This document shows, in pieces, positions 23,663 to 35,130 of a DNA stretch of 64,000 bases (positions within the stretch are counted from its first letter, which is position 1; every line of letters begins with the position of its first letter). Under the pieces are notes generated by a model. The model was given only the letters and a program-made list of their open reading frames with translations. It did no database searches and was not told the origin of the DNA. Source of the DNA: Squalus acanthias (taxonomy: Eukaryota). The translations under genes were made by a program, and so were the position numbers. The stretch covers positions 8,062,001 through 8,126,000 of the forward strand of contig CM059433.1 of NCBI GenBank assembly GCA_030390025.1. Direction: 5' to 3'.

Positions 23663-24555
23663 GGGGTAGAAATTAGGTCGCGCCCCATTTGGGGCGCAAA
23701 TATCGTCTGGACGCAAATATTAGTGCCTGGCGCTAATTATCGGCACTGACTGGAAACTTCACTTTTACCGCCCCGGGAGGTGAGTGGAGCGCTAAAGCAG
23801 GCGCTGCACACCTGTCTTAAGGCGCAAAGGCCAAGGAGTGAGGCGCTAACTCAGAGCGCTGGCGAAGCTCATGTAATGTCAGTCAGCAATGGAACACACA
23901 CACAATGGCACGGGCCAGTTCTTAAAGGGGATGGTTAATCTTGCTTTCCATCCACATCCTGTTCATTGCAGCCTTGAATCTCGGCCTGGAGAGACTTGCA
24001 CATCAAATGTGCTGGAAAGAACAATGGAGAGTACCAGGCAAAGAGCTCAGAGTGCAGCTCCCACAGTCTCTGCTAAATCGATACAAGGAATGGCAAATCA
24101 AAATGAACCTGCAAAGTGCTGCTCAGTACCCAAAACTCCTTCACACAACGTTGAATCTCTCCAGAAGTCTCTCCCTCTCTCTCTCAGAATGCATAGTTCA
24201 AAAATGCCACCAATAATAAAAGACAGGAAGAGGCCCCCTTTAAATAGCGCCCCCCCCAGCCCCACAGCGATTGATAGCGTTCCAGTCTTCTGGTCGTTGG
24301 ATGCGCCAGGCGGTAAGGCAGGGGGCGCCACTCAATTTCCGCTCCGGGGCACCACAAGGGCGTTGCACCATGGAATGACGTCACAATCTGCGCGCGCAGG
24401 TGGTCGCAGCGGTAAGTTTTAGCGCCGCCGCACAATCTCTAGTTAAGTTCCCGAGCGGCGCAAACATCGCTGCGCCCGGGCGTTAGCGGCTTTGCGCCCC
24501 ATTAGCGCCCTCTTAAGGCGCTAACGGGAGGCGCAACCAACTGAATTTTTACCCC
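23663..24555. mobile_element. Harbinger-type MITE family 2, copy a
   Basis: TIR GGGGTAGAAATT / AATTTTTACCCC; perfect 3-bp TSD AAG; homologous to 61204-62096. Confidence 0.9.
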
Positions 24556-24879
24556 AAGGAGTTTTTGTGAGTTAGTCCACAGCTTCATGCCACGGGAACA
24601 CACAATGGCTACTCGGACTGAAATCAACAAGCTCGGTTCACGGTCTGCATGTTGTTCTCACCCTTTAAAATTGGTTAACGTGCTGAAATTCACCCTTCAA
24701 TTAAATACTAGAGAAGAGCAAATGTTAAAAAATGAATTGATATGGAGAGCAATTATAAATATTTAGGGAACAATTGGTTTTTAACATTTTGTTTGATATT
24801 TTTGTGTTAAGTAATGCACAGGGGATCAACTAGTGTGTATAGTGTAACTAACTGGTGACAGACTTACACGTGATATAAA

Positions 24880-25325
24880 CCATTTACACCTCCTCTAGAC
24901 CCATCTTTTATTTCTTTACCTGTCCCATTATCACCCCTTTTGTCTTGCACCATCATCCCTTTTGTCATTTAATCACTCCTGCTTTCCATCCTATCACAGG
25001 CTCTCACTTTTGTTCTTTTCCTGCCCACCGCCCCCACCCACTGCTGCCGACCCCCCCCTCCGCCCACCGCCCCCACCCCCTGCTGCCGACCCCATCCCCC
25101 GCCCACCGCCCCCACCCCCTGCCGCCCACCCCCCCACTCCCCGCCCCACCGCCCCCCACCCCCCCCCCGCCCACCCCCACTGCCCCCTGCTTTTCCCTGT
25201 CTCTGTACTTGCTTAAAAAGCTGTTCATCTCCAACATCCTCCAGATCTGACGAAAGGTCATCGACCTGAAACATCTCTCCCCACGGAGAATTGCTGAGTG
25301 TTTCCGGCATTTTCTGTTTTTATTT
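24880..25325 (+). mobile_element. Penelope-type non-coding element (family B) with an expanded C-rich tract and a damaged hammerhead
   Basis: Homologous to 49143-49485; CTGACGA...GAAA at 25247-25271 but the stem III/cleavage segment is deleted. Confidence 0.75.
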
Positions 25326-25394
25326 TTTGATAGACTTTCTTGGATCGCATGGAATAGTACCACAGGAATTTTTCCTCTACTTCTCTCTATTTTT

Positions 25395-25548
25395 CAAGGG
25401 GGAGACTGGATAGGCACTTGAGGGAAACAAACTTGCAGGGCTACGGGGATGGAGCGGGGCAATGGGACTGACCGGATTGCTCTACAGAGAGCCGGCACGG
25501 ACTCGATGGGCCGAATTGCCTCCTTCTGTGCCGTAATGACTCTATGAT
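25395..25548 (+). mobile_element. CR1 3' end
   Basis: Reverse complement of the 432-580 family. Confidence 0.85.
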
Positions 25549-25658
25549 GAATGGTAACTCCTCTCAGGATGTGCCAGTGTCCCAAGGTGGATCCCAGAAC
25601 CTTTTTTACTCTTATACTTCCCCACTACTCTTTTCAGCCTTCCTGGTCTTCTCCACTA

Positions 25659-25703
25659 CTCACTTTTGTCCACCCCAGTCCAACACCGGCATCTCCGCAT
25701 CAT
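25659..25703 (+). mobile_element. Short Penelope pseudo-LTR end
   Basis: CTCACTTTTGTCCACCCCAGTCCAACACCGGCATCTCCGCATCAT flanked by TCTCCAC direct repeats. Confidence 0.75.
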
Positions 25704-25809
25704 TCTCCACCATAGACCTTTGCCTTCTAGATTTCTAAATAGTGCCAAAAAAAACCCCCATTAAGGTCCCACTATCCCTGTGTTTAATTTCTCCGGTTGA
25801 AGTACAGAG

Positions 25810-26210
25810 CCCAGCAGCTGCCCGACTATATTCAATGGCTTCTGACCACCTGTATTCTGTAATTATCATCAGCTGCTACAACATTTAATGTATGCAGCCC
25901 ACGCTGCAGAATTTTCAAATTGTTTCTTTTAATCTTTCTCCTTTAAGCAATAAGAAAAGATTAGCTTTTTTTCTAAAACTCTGTCTCTGACATGATAAGC
26001 TTATTGTCTTCACTTCTGCTCCATTGAAAAACATAGCAGAGCAGAAACCATGGAAATTGCGATTGACTTCCTGTGATAGATAACTGCTTTGGACAGCGTA
26101 CTTTTATCTCAAATTCTCATACACAAGCTGCGGTATCGCTGATAAGCAAACAGAACATTTTTTAATGCAAATTAAAACAGTTTTTTAAAAAAAAAACTTA
26201 TCACGGTGTT
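25810..26210. promoter_or_regulatory. Candidate enhancer: GATA/ETS/E-box cluster
   Basis: WGATAR at 25863, 25993, 26074, 26078, 26104, 26140 and 26198; ACTTCCTG at 26066; CAGCTG at 25815 and 25870; TE-free. Confidence 0.35.
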
Positions 26211-26669
26211 AACACATGACAACTTTAAAAACCATTTCTGCATTCTCTTAATGTGACGTTGGAGCTTCTTGCTGTAACATTGCGAATTAGGTTTTTTTTT
26301 GGGAGAAAAATTTGAGAGATCTGCTGGTTTTTTTAGTCTGTTTTCTTGAACATTGTATAATATCAAAGCAAAAAAGAGACAAATGCCACATAAGGCCAAG
26401 ACCCCCCCCCCCCTCAATATTCGGAATCGTGTTAGTTAATAATCGTCGAGTCCATATTTGGCGCCCAATCAGTTTTGGCGTTATTAGCAGCCATTTTGTT
26501 TGTGTTTTTTCTGTGACCGGGCTATTCACGTTCATCACCCTAAAGTCTCGCGCACACACACACACACACACAAGCGCATCAGCTCAAGAGAAATAATCAG
26601 AGAGAATTCATATTTAATAATCAAATTTCTTTCCACTTTCAGCTATACGTGAAGTTAAAATGGTTCACA

Positions 26670-26785
26670 TCCCACATTACAACAGCGACTCCACTTTGAA
26701 AAGTACTTCATTGGCTGCAAAGCGCTTTGAGACGTCCGGTGGTCGTGAAAGGCGCTATAGAAATGCAAGCCTTTCTTTTCTTTAT
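26670..26785 (+). mobile_element. DeuSINE 3' tail
   Basis: AAAGTACTTCATTGGCTGCAAAGCGC...GGCGCTATAGAAATGCAAG. Confidence 0.8.
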
Positions 26786-28189
26786 ATTTCCTGCTGATTT
26801 AAAAAAGCGATACTGGACAACAACGTTTGATTAATCGCCAAACAGGGTTGATACTTATAATTAATTCGCTTCAGTTTAAAGGATCGAGGGCCGTGCACTG
26901 TACCGAGTTCCTTTAAAACGTTGCCACTGAGAAAAAGAAAGGCATTGAAGGGTTTTCTTCCTGTTAATCAGAGTGTAAAATTCTCGCAGACTGTAAAAGT
27001 GTCGGGCACAGTGTTCTGTCTCAACGGCAATTTGTCACTATGGGCCTTTTCCATTTTACCGCCAAAGTCATTTGCTTCAGTCGGGTCTCTAGAAATTCAG
27101 AAGCCGTTTAATTCCGGAGCGCTTGTCAAAAAAAAAAAGTAATTTGCGAAACCGTTTGGTGGGCAGAGTAATTGTCAAAAAAAAAACCTCACACGCGAAG
27201 ACGGGGAAAATTCAGAGCCAGCAGCGTGAAAGGGCCTCGAGTATACTGTTAATTAGAAACTGTTGCTCATGAGATTCATCTCTTTTGACTGACAACAAAG
27301 CTTCATATTAAAGTAGGTGTTTCCCTTTACTTATATTCAGTGTTAGTCAGTGCTCAAATGGCCATTGTTTGAGACAAAGTGGCATGTTTGTATTCTAATA
27401 CTTCCCTCACAATCTGCTTCTGTTCATCAATTGTGCACCAGGTGGATAGTTTGACCTCCCGCACGGCGTTACGAGCTGACACCCATTGCATTCGCAGAAT
27501 CTCTATTTCATAATTTCCTGTTCTTTCTGAAGGGAACGCAGCACCTGGCTTTTGCAGCTGTAGTAATTTACAAACCAGTTTTTTTTTAATATATATTTAA
27601 AAAAAAGGCAAACTGCATGTTGTTCCTGACAAGTTATCGTCATTAGGTGGCTCAAAATGGCTTCCACTTGGGAGCAACCTGGCTCAGAACTGATTAGGTT
27701 ATTTTTTTTAAAGATGTCATAACCCTCTCCTGCTGGCTGTCCCTTAACTGTATTTGAAAATAAAACGACAGCGTGGCCTTATTAAAGAAGTGAATGACAC
27801 CGTCAGTGCCCATTTCTAAAACACAGTTAACAATAATGAACTTCCTTTTGTTCAGTTCTGCTTGTGTGTGGATTTTTTTTTAGGTACAAGCAGTGAGTGC
27901 TGACTATATCATTAGGAAGAACAAAATGAGAGCAATGAATTAATATAGACAGTGGAAGTTCCGGTAACCTGGGTCGATGATAGCTCCTCTGATGGCATAG
28001 AGTCCACCAACGTTACCGCTTCGCACATTCATCCCAATTATTACATTTACCACAATCTTTATTTTGAGGGGGAGGAGAGGGGGGGGGGTGCGTGGAGGTT
28101 GAGGAGGAGAAAGAGAAGTTCGGAACATACCACCTCGCACAAAGCCCCTTTTTTCCAGGGTGCTTCACGCCAGGCGCGGCAGTGACAGC

Positions 28190-28410
28190 ACACAGGTCGA
28201 ATCAGCATTTCATAGATCCACAAAATCATACAGCACAGGAGGAGGCCATTCGGCCCATCCTGCCTGTGCCGGCTGTTTGAAAGAGCTCTCCAATTAATCC
28301 CACTCCCCCGCTCCTTCCCCCATAGTCCTGCAAAATTTTTCTCCTTCAAGTATTTATCCAATTCCTTTTTGAAAGTTATTATTGAATCTGCTTTCAGGCA
28401 GTGCATTCAA
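28190..28410 (-). mobile_element. CR1 3' end
   Basis: FKKELDKYL peptide and GGCCGAATGGCC hairpin. Confidence 0.85.
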
Positions 28411-28444
28411 CTTCTACACATTGAATATTAGGTCTATTTACATC

Positions 28445-28935
28445 AGAGCAGTAGAGACTTAGCGACGACCTAATAGAGGTCTATAAAATAATTAAAGAGC
28501 TGAATGGTGTCCCTACCGATAGATTACTCCAGTTTAACAGATTGAGAAGGACCAGAGGAGGTAAGTTTAAAATTATTTAAGAGTAGGAATAGACTGGATA
28601 TTAGGAGGTTCTTCTTTTCCCAGAGAGTAGCGAGCCTCGGGATTGCGATGTCGGCTGGCGCGGGGGGTGCTGACTCTACGCACGCCTTCGAGAGGGAGCT
28701 GGACCGGTTCCTGACTGGGGCCCAGATCACATCGTGTAGAAGGTAAGCATCTTTCTAGAGAACACTTAGACCATGTGAGTTTCTGGACTGGTATCGCTCC
28801 ACCTGAAGGGGTCGGAGAGAAAGTTTTACAGAGTATTCTTTCCTTATTGGTCCTGGGTTTTTTTTCGTTGCTGTTTTCTGGTATGGGCTTGATGGACCAG
28901 GTGGTCTTTTCCCACCCGTCAATTTTGTATGTTCA
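28445..28935 (+). mobile_element. Old divergent CR1 3' fragment
   Basis: RLSDDLIEVYKIIK...RTRG...RRFFFSQRV peptide. Confidence 0.7.
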
Positions 28936-29179
28936 TAATACGCATTACTGTTGAATTGGATGGTGTTTTTGCCCTGTTATTACAAACCCGTTCTTACTGT
29001 GGGCCTCGACTATTAGTCTCTGATTTATTGCAGACTCCATTGCTTCCACGTGAATCTCTGGAACTGGATACTTTTCACTGGCACAACGATACAAGAGAAA
29101 AAGTGTTTTAAATTCGTCACATTTCATTATATAACAAGTGAGCGTTTTTCACGTGTGAGCTCAACCAGTAAGTATCACC

Positions 29180-29415
29180 AGGCTATTCGACTGTAGGGGG
29201 GGCCAAGACAGCTGAGCCCAACCCCGATCACCATGCACATTCTATCAGGAGTCACTGGACAGCGGTCAGATTGGGAACCCTGTCTGATTATCCCCTCCCC
29301 TAACACAGGGGTGTTGAGACCAATTGCAAGCAGCCAAAATCAGCAAAGATCAGGGATTGAGTTTGAACCTTCCTGATCTCCAGGCAATGCACTTACCAAC
29401 TGAATTATTGAGGAA
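29180..29415 (-). mobile_element. Old tRNA-derived SINE remnant
   Basis: Degenerate A/B-box-like head on the minus strand; related pieces at about 39960-40100 and 41245-41360. Confidence 0.35.
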
Positions 29416-29539
29416 GTATAACTTCCTTGTTCCTCCTGGCCCCCCCAAAGATAATTTAAAATGTACCTTTTTAGGGTCTCCTTGGCAGCAGTGTCAGTGA
29501 AACCGTTGACGTTGCGACCAGTACTGTCCTAAAATGGAC

Positions 29540-30624
29540 ATTGGGTTCGTATGTACATTGGATTGCTGGCTGGCTTCAGGACAGAAAGCAGAGAGTGGGA
29601 GTAAAGGGTAGCTATTCACAGTGGCAGAAGGTGGGTAGTGGTGTTCCACAAGGATCAGTGCTGGGACCACTGCTGTTCGCAATTTACATTAACGATTTAG
29701 ACTTTGGAATCAAAAACACAATTTCTAAATTTGCGGATGACACCAAATTGGGGGGGATAGTCAATACTGAGGAGGACTGCAACAAGTTACAGGAGGACAT
29801 CAATAAACTTGCAGAATGGGCAAATAATTGGCAAATGAAGTTCAACACAGATAAATGTGAGGTATTACATTTTGGTTGGAAGAATAGGGAGGTCACTTAT
29901 CACTTGGAGGGTGTAAGTCTAGGTGGGGTAGAGGAACAAAGGGATCTCAAAGTACAAATACACAAATCACTAAAAGTTGCGACGCAGGTTAGCAAGGCCA
30001 TAAAAAAAACAAACCAAGCACTAGGGTTTATTTCTAGAGGGATAGAATTGAAAAGTAGGGAAGTTATGCTAAACCTGTATCGAACCTTGGTTAGACCACA
30101 CTTGGAGTACTGCGTACAGTTCTGGTCGCCATATTATAAAAAGGATATAGAGGCACTGGAGAGGGTGCAGAGAAGATTTACAAGGATAATACCAGAAATG
30201 CGAGGGTATACATATCAGGAAAGGATGAATAGGCTGGGTCTCTTTTCTCTTGAAAAAAGAAGGCTGAGGGGTGACCTAATAGAGGGCTTTAAAATTATGA
30301 AAAATGTTGATAGAGTAGGCACAGAGAGAATGGGCTGGATTTTGTCTTGGGGTCGGGTTGGGGTCGTGTAATCCGCATTTCGTGTTTCCCCCCCCGACTC
30401 CAGATTAATGTGGATGAATGATGCAATTTTCACTTAATTGGGCAATTGAGTTCCAGCATGTGGGAACCCATGAACCAATTAGTGGTTTCAGTCTGAAAGT
30501 CGCCTCTGATGATGTCATCATTGCTGACTGCCTAGTCTCAGAGACTGTTGGTGAGAGAGGACCTGCCTGGCTTGCTTTTGATGTGAGTGGACCTGGATGC
30601 AAAATATGGTGGGGGGGGGGGAGA

Positions 30625-30663
<39 letters not shown>

Positions 30664-31450
30664 TTTTTTGCATCCAAGTCCTCTCACAGCAAAGGCCAGG
30701 CAGTCTCTGAACACATTCAATGCAGCAGCGGTGACTTTCAGACCTAATACTACTACTACCTTCATCACATCTCCGTTGTAATAGTGGACCTGCAGCTGAT
30801 AGTCAGCTGTCCACTTGTGCTCCCGCCAGGTTTCACTGGAGTGTTTCACACCAGGCGTACTTCACGTCAGAAAAGGGTTAAACTAGCTAAAATGTTTCAA
30901 AATGGCATTACAGAGCCAATTTAGAGCTTGTTAAGGGCTTTAATGGCCTCTCCCGCCTCTTGGAGGCGGGACGGAGTCAGGAACCCCGTGACTGATTTTG
31001 TCAAAATTGCGTGGAGGCGGGATGGAGTCGGGATGGGGTCGGAAACCCCGACCCCGCAAATTTAACCCCCCACACGCCTCCAAACCCGACTCCACGTGTC
31101 ATTCAAAATCCAGCCCGATGTTTCCACTTGTGGAGAGGAGCATAACTAGAGACCATCAATATAAGATAGTCACCAAGAAATCCAATAGGGAATTCAGAAG
31201 AAACTTCTTTACCCAGATAGTGGTGAGAATGTGGAACTCGCTACCACAGGGAGTGGTTGAAGCGAATAGTATAGATGCATTTAAGGGGAGGCTGGACAAA
31301 AATATGAGGGAGAAGGGGATAGAGGGTTATGCTGATAGATTTAGATGAGGAAAGACGGGAGGAGGCTCGTGTGGAGCATAAACGCCGGCATGGACTGGTT
31401 GGGCCGCATGGCCTGTTTCTGTGCCGCATATCCCATGGAATCCTATGTAA
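29540..31450 (+). mobile_element. CR1 LINE (RT with FADD motif) split by a MITE
   Basis: ORF 29541-30371 with [10 protein letters not shown] and FADD; CR1 resumes at 31117 (GATGTTTCCACTTG). Confidence 0.95.
30332..31116. mobile_element. Harbinger-type MITE family 3, copy a (contains a (GA)n tract at 30627-30660)
   Basis: TIR GGGCTGGATTTTG / CAAAATCCAGCCC; flanks AAT/GAT; homologous to 49530-50194. Confidence 0.9.
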
Positions 31451-31944
31451 TCATAGGACACTGATTTGCATATTAAAAGGGCCCACCACCTGAAACTGGC
31501 CACCCAGTGTTAGGCCCCTATAACAGTAGAAGTGGGCAGAGTGTCAGCAGTAATGGGGCAGTAATCTACCCAACCCCATTTTGAAGTCATTACCCACCCC
31601 GTTAACACCGATTTCAGAAAGTTGAAATCAACCCAAGAGAATGAGTCCCCTGTTTAAGTTTAGTGACAACTAGTTTTAGAGGAATTACAACCCAAAAGAG
31701 GGGATTTAACCCACTGACAGGGATAGTGAGGTACGCTTTGTTATTGTCTGTGTTACGAGGAGCATTCTGACACAAGTTAAAATTCACTGTAGATGTTATT
31801 CCGTTTGTTCACATATTATATGTGAAATAAATCAGCTGGTTGATTTATAATTGGCCTCAACTCACTTGAGTGCGTATCTATCAACCTTTCAGAAGATCAA
31901 AGAATTGTATTTGGAGTTACATGCAAGATTATATCATCCAGTTA

Positions 31945-32590
31945 TGTGGACCAGCCACATAAATACTGTGGCAACAAGAGCAGGTCAGAGGCTGGGTATT
32001 CTGTGGCAAGTGTCTCACCTCCTGACTCCCCAAAGCCTTTCCACTATCTACAAGGCACAAGTCAGTAGTGTTATGGAATACTCTCCACTTGCCTGGATGA
32101 GTGCAGCTCCAACAACACTCAAGAAGCTCGACACCATCCAGGACAAAGCAGCCTGCTTGATTGTCACCCCATCCACCACCTTAAACATTCACTCCCTCCA
32201 CCACCGGCGTACCGTGGCTGCAGTATGTACCAGCAAAAGATGCACTGCAGCAACTCGCCAAGGCTTCTTCAGCAGCATCTCCCAAACCCGCGACCTCTTC
32301 CACCTAGAAGGACAAGGGCAGCAGGCGCATGGGAACACCGCCACCTACACGTTCCCCTCCAAGTCACACACCATCCTGACTTGGAAGTATATCGCCGATC
32401 CTTCATCGTCGCTGGGTCAAAATCCTGGAACTCCCTCCCTAACAGCACTGTGGGAGTACCTTCACCACACGGACTGCAACGGTTCAAGAAGGCGGCTCAC
32501 CACCACCTTCTCAAGGGCAACAAGGGATGGGCAATAAATGCTGGCCTTCCCAGCGACGCCCACATCCCATAAAGGAATAAAAATAAAAGT
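31945..32590 (+). mobile_element. CR1-group (Zenon-like) LINE 3' portion
   Basis: LSTIYKAQVSSVMEYSPLAW...KKLDTIQDKAACLI peptide; poly(A) tail. Confidence 0.8.
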
Positions 32591-33522
32591 TCACATAATA
32601 TAGGGTTTCATTGGTACAAACCCCTGGGTCATGCTAGCACATGACTAGATGTTGAGCAGTAAAGGTAAGCTGAGAGACCAGTAATGCTAAACCCAAGAGA
32701 ATACCAAGGCTTCGAGTTTCCGCTCGAAATATCAGTGCAATCTGGGCAGAATCAGCCAAGCCAGGGCAAAAGATCGGGAATTTTAAACGTGAGTTATGCC
32801 CAGAACCACTTACGGTCGTGTTTTCTGCAAGCTTTTCCGTTGGTTCAAGATTCAATTCACCCGGATCAGGCCCCACCCACAAAACTGGCCAGGCCCCCAG
32901 GTTGAAATTGCGTGAACCTATTGATTGCGCTCGTTCATTTTCTTAGGCGCACAGGCACTGGTAGGCACATTTTAAAAGCAGCGCCCCTGCTAAGTTAGCG
33001 CCCCAAAGTGGGCGCAACCCAATTTTCCCCCCCTAAGAAACTGACTAGCGTACACCAATTAAACTATTAAATGGCTCAGTATGATTTTTTTAAAGTCAGT
33101 TTCATTGATTTTAAATCAGGTTACTCACGGGTGGTGGACACCCTTATTAAAAATGCTTAATCAAATGGCATCTGAAATACATCAAGGAATACTTTCAATG
33201 GAAAGAAAAATTATGTTCTGTTATGCTGCCCGAATGCACTGGTTCGTTGAAGATTTTACATTTGTGATTATGCAAATGAATTTTCGTGTAAACTTGATGT
33301 GTGACCTAACCAGCGCAATTTGGGTGCAATTTCCCAATTGTGTCCAAAGCGGAAACTCTACCCCTGAGTACAGACACAAATTTTATTTATCAACCATTTA
33401 TAACTAATTTTCAGTTTCTCTATCTACTTTTTTGTCTCTTTCTCTTTTTGGTTCTTGATTTTGTTTCTTATTTTTATACCTTTAATCTCTGCCTTGGTAT
33501 TGCTCCTCACTGAGCCCACTTT

Positions 33523-33982
33523 AGTGTCAGCTGTGGCTCGGTGGGCAGCACTCTCGCCTCTGAGTCAGAAGGTTGTGGGTTCACAGTCCCCACTCCAGGG
33601 ACTTGAGCACAAGGCTGACACTCTCCCAGTGCGGTGCTGAGGGAGTGCTGCACTGTCGGAGGTGCCGTCTTTCGGATGAGACGTTAAACCGAAGCCCCGT
33701 CTGCTCTCTCAGGTGGATGTAAAAGATCCCATGGCACTATTTCGAAGAAGAGCAGGGGAGTTATCCCCAAAATTATCCCTCAACCAACATAACAAAAAAC
33801 AGATTATCTAAGTCATTATCACATTGCTGTTTGTGGGACCTTGCTGTGCACAAATTGGCTGCCGCGTTTCCCACATTACAACAGTGACTCCACGTCAAAA
33901 AAAGTACTTCATTGGCTGTAAAGCGCTTTGAGATGTCTGGTGGTCGTGCAAGGCGCTATATAAATGCAAGTCTTTCTTTCTC
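33523..33982 (+). mobile_element. DeuSINE (SacSINE1-like), full length
   Basis: tRNA head GTGGCTCGGTGGG...GGTTCA, Deu domain, L2-like tail. Confidence 0.9.
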
Positions 33983-34227
33983 CTCAGCATCCTGTTGCAT
34001 ATCCCTTCGACCTTGCAAGACTCCATCTGCACTTCTCGTGGTTTTGTTTTGTTGCATAATGCACTGATAGATGCTGAAAGCAATGTAGTAATTGAAGATG
34101 TTGCAGTCCGAAACCGCTCTGCATGAAATAAAATGAGGTGAATACAAGAGTGACAAAAATATTAGAAGTCCATCCAGCTGTAAGTTCGGTACAGGTTTAA
34201 TCAGCAAAACAGTTAAGTCACCTTAAA

Positions 34228-34355
34228 AATGTTCTGACGAAGGGTCATCGACCTGCAACGTTGACTCTGTTTCTCTCTCCACAGATGCTGCCTGACCTGC
34301 TGAGTGTTTCCAGCGTTTTGTGTTGTTATTTCAGATTTCCAGCATTTGCAGTATG
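34228..34355 (+). mobile_element. Penelope family B pseudo-LTR with a mutated hammerhead (GAAA>GCAA)
   Basis: TTCTGACGAAGGGTCATCGACCTGCAACGTTGACTC. Confidence 0.8.
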
Positions 34356-34519
34356 CGATTTATGAAAATAACTGTTCATGTTATAATAAATAAAGCTAGT
34401 CAAATACTAGGGATTTATGTGTCACTAATTTTTTAAATTTCAGATTATCAGGTTTTTTTTGTTTTAAAAATGTTTTAATTGGGTTTTAAGGTCCTCTTTG
34501 CCAGTTTTCTCCCTTCCTA

Positions 34520-34735
34520 TTGGCTCCTTGCTGTCTAGGCACTGAGCTCTGGAATCCCCTTCCCAAACCTCTCCGCCTCTCCGCCTCTCTCTCCTCCTTT
34601 AAGACGCTCCTTAAAACCTACCTCTTTGACCAATACCTCCTTATGTGGCTCAGTGTCAAATTTTTTCTGATAACGGTCCTGTGAAGCACCTTGGGATATT
34701 TTACTATGTTAAGGGAGCTATATAAATACAAGGCA
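34520..34735 (+). mobile_element. L2 3' end
   Basis: CTTTAAGACGCTCCTTAAAACCTACCTCTTTGACC...CTATATAAATACAAG. Confidence 0.8.
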
Positions 34736-35130
34736 CACTGCCTCAGCAAAAAAGCACTATTTTATTCACTGAATAAAAGCTAATCAACAAACAGATGCAG
34801 CTTAAAAGGCTGGGATTTTGCTCGCCTCGGGGCGGGCGATGTCAGTGGCGGTTCGCGGCCCCGCTGCTGGCTCCATCCCGCTGTCTGAAATGAATTTACG
34901 TTGATGGGGCTTGTTAAGCCCGCCCAGTGCGTTTCCAGGGCCAATTAGAGGAAGCGGGTCTGGTGACGTCATTCATGACGCGTCATCAGCCGGTTTCCTT
35001 AAAGAGACCATGTCCACCTTACTTTTGACAGTTGAGCTATCAGTGTTCTACAGCATTGAGGTGCTGCAAACACTGACAATCACAAAGGTGCACAGCTGCA
35101 CCCAGGCTCTCCCATGACTCCCTCCATATG

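Noticed and set aside
33523..33610. tRNA gene-like A/B boxes (also 11470-11520, 42300-42378, 8051-8135)
   Set aside because: These are SINE heads continuous with SINE bodies; no full cloverleaf.
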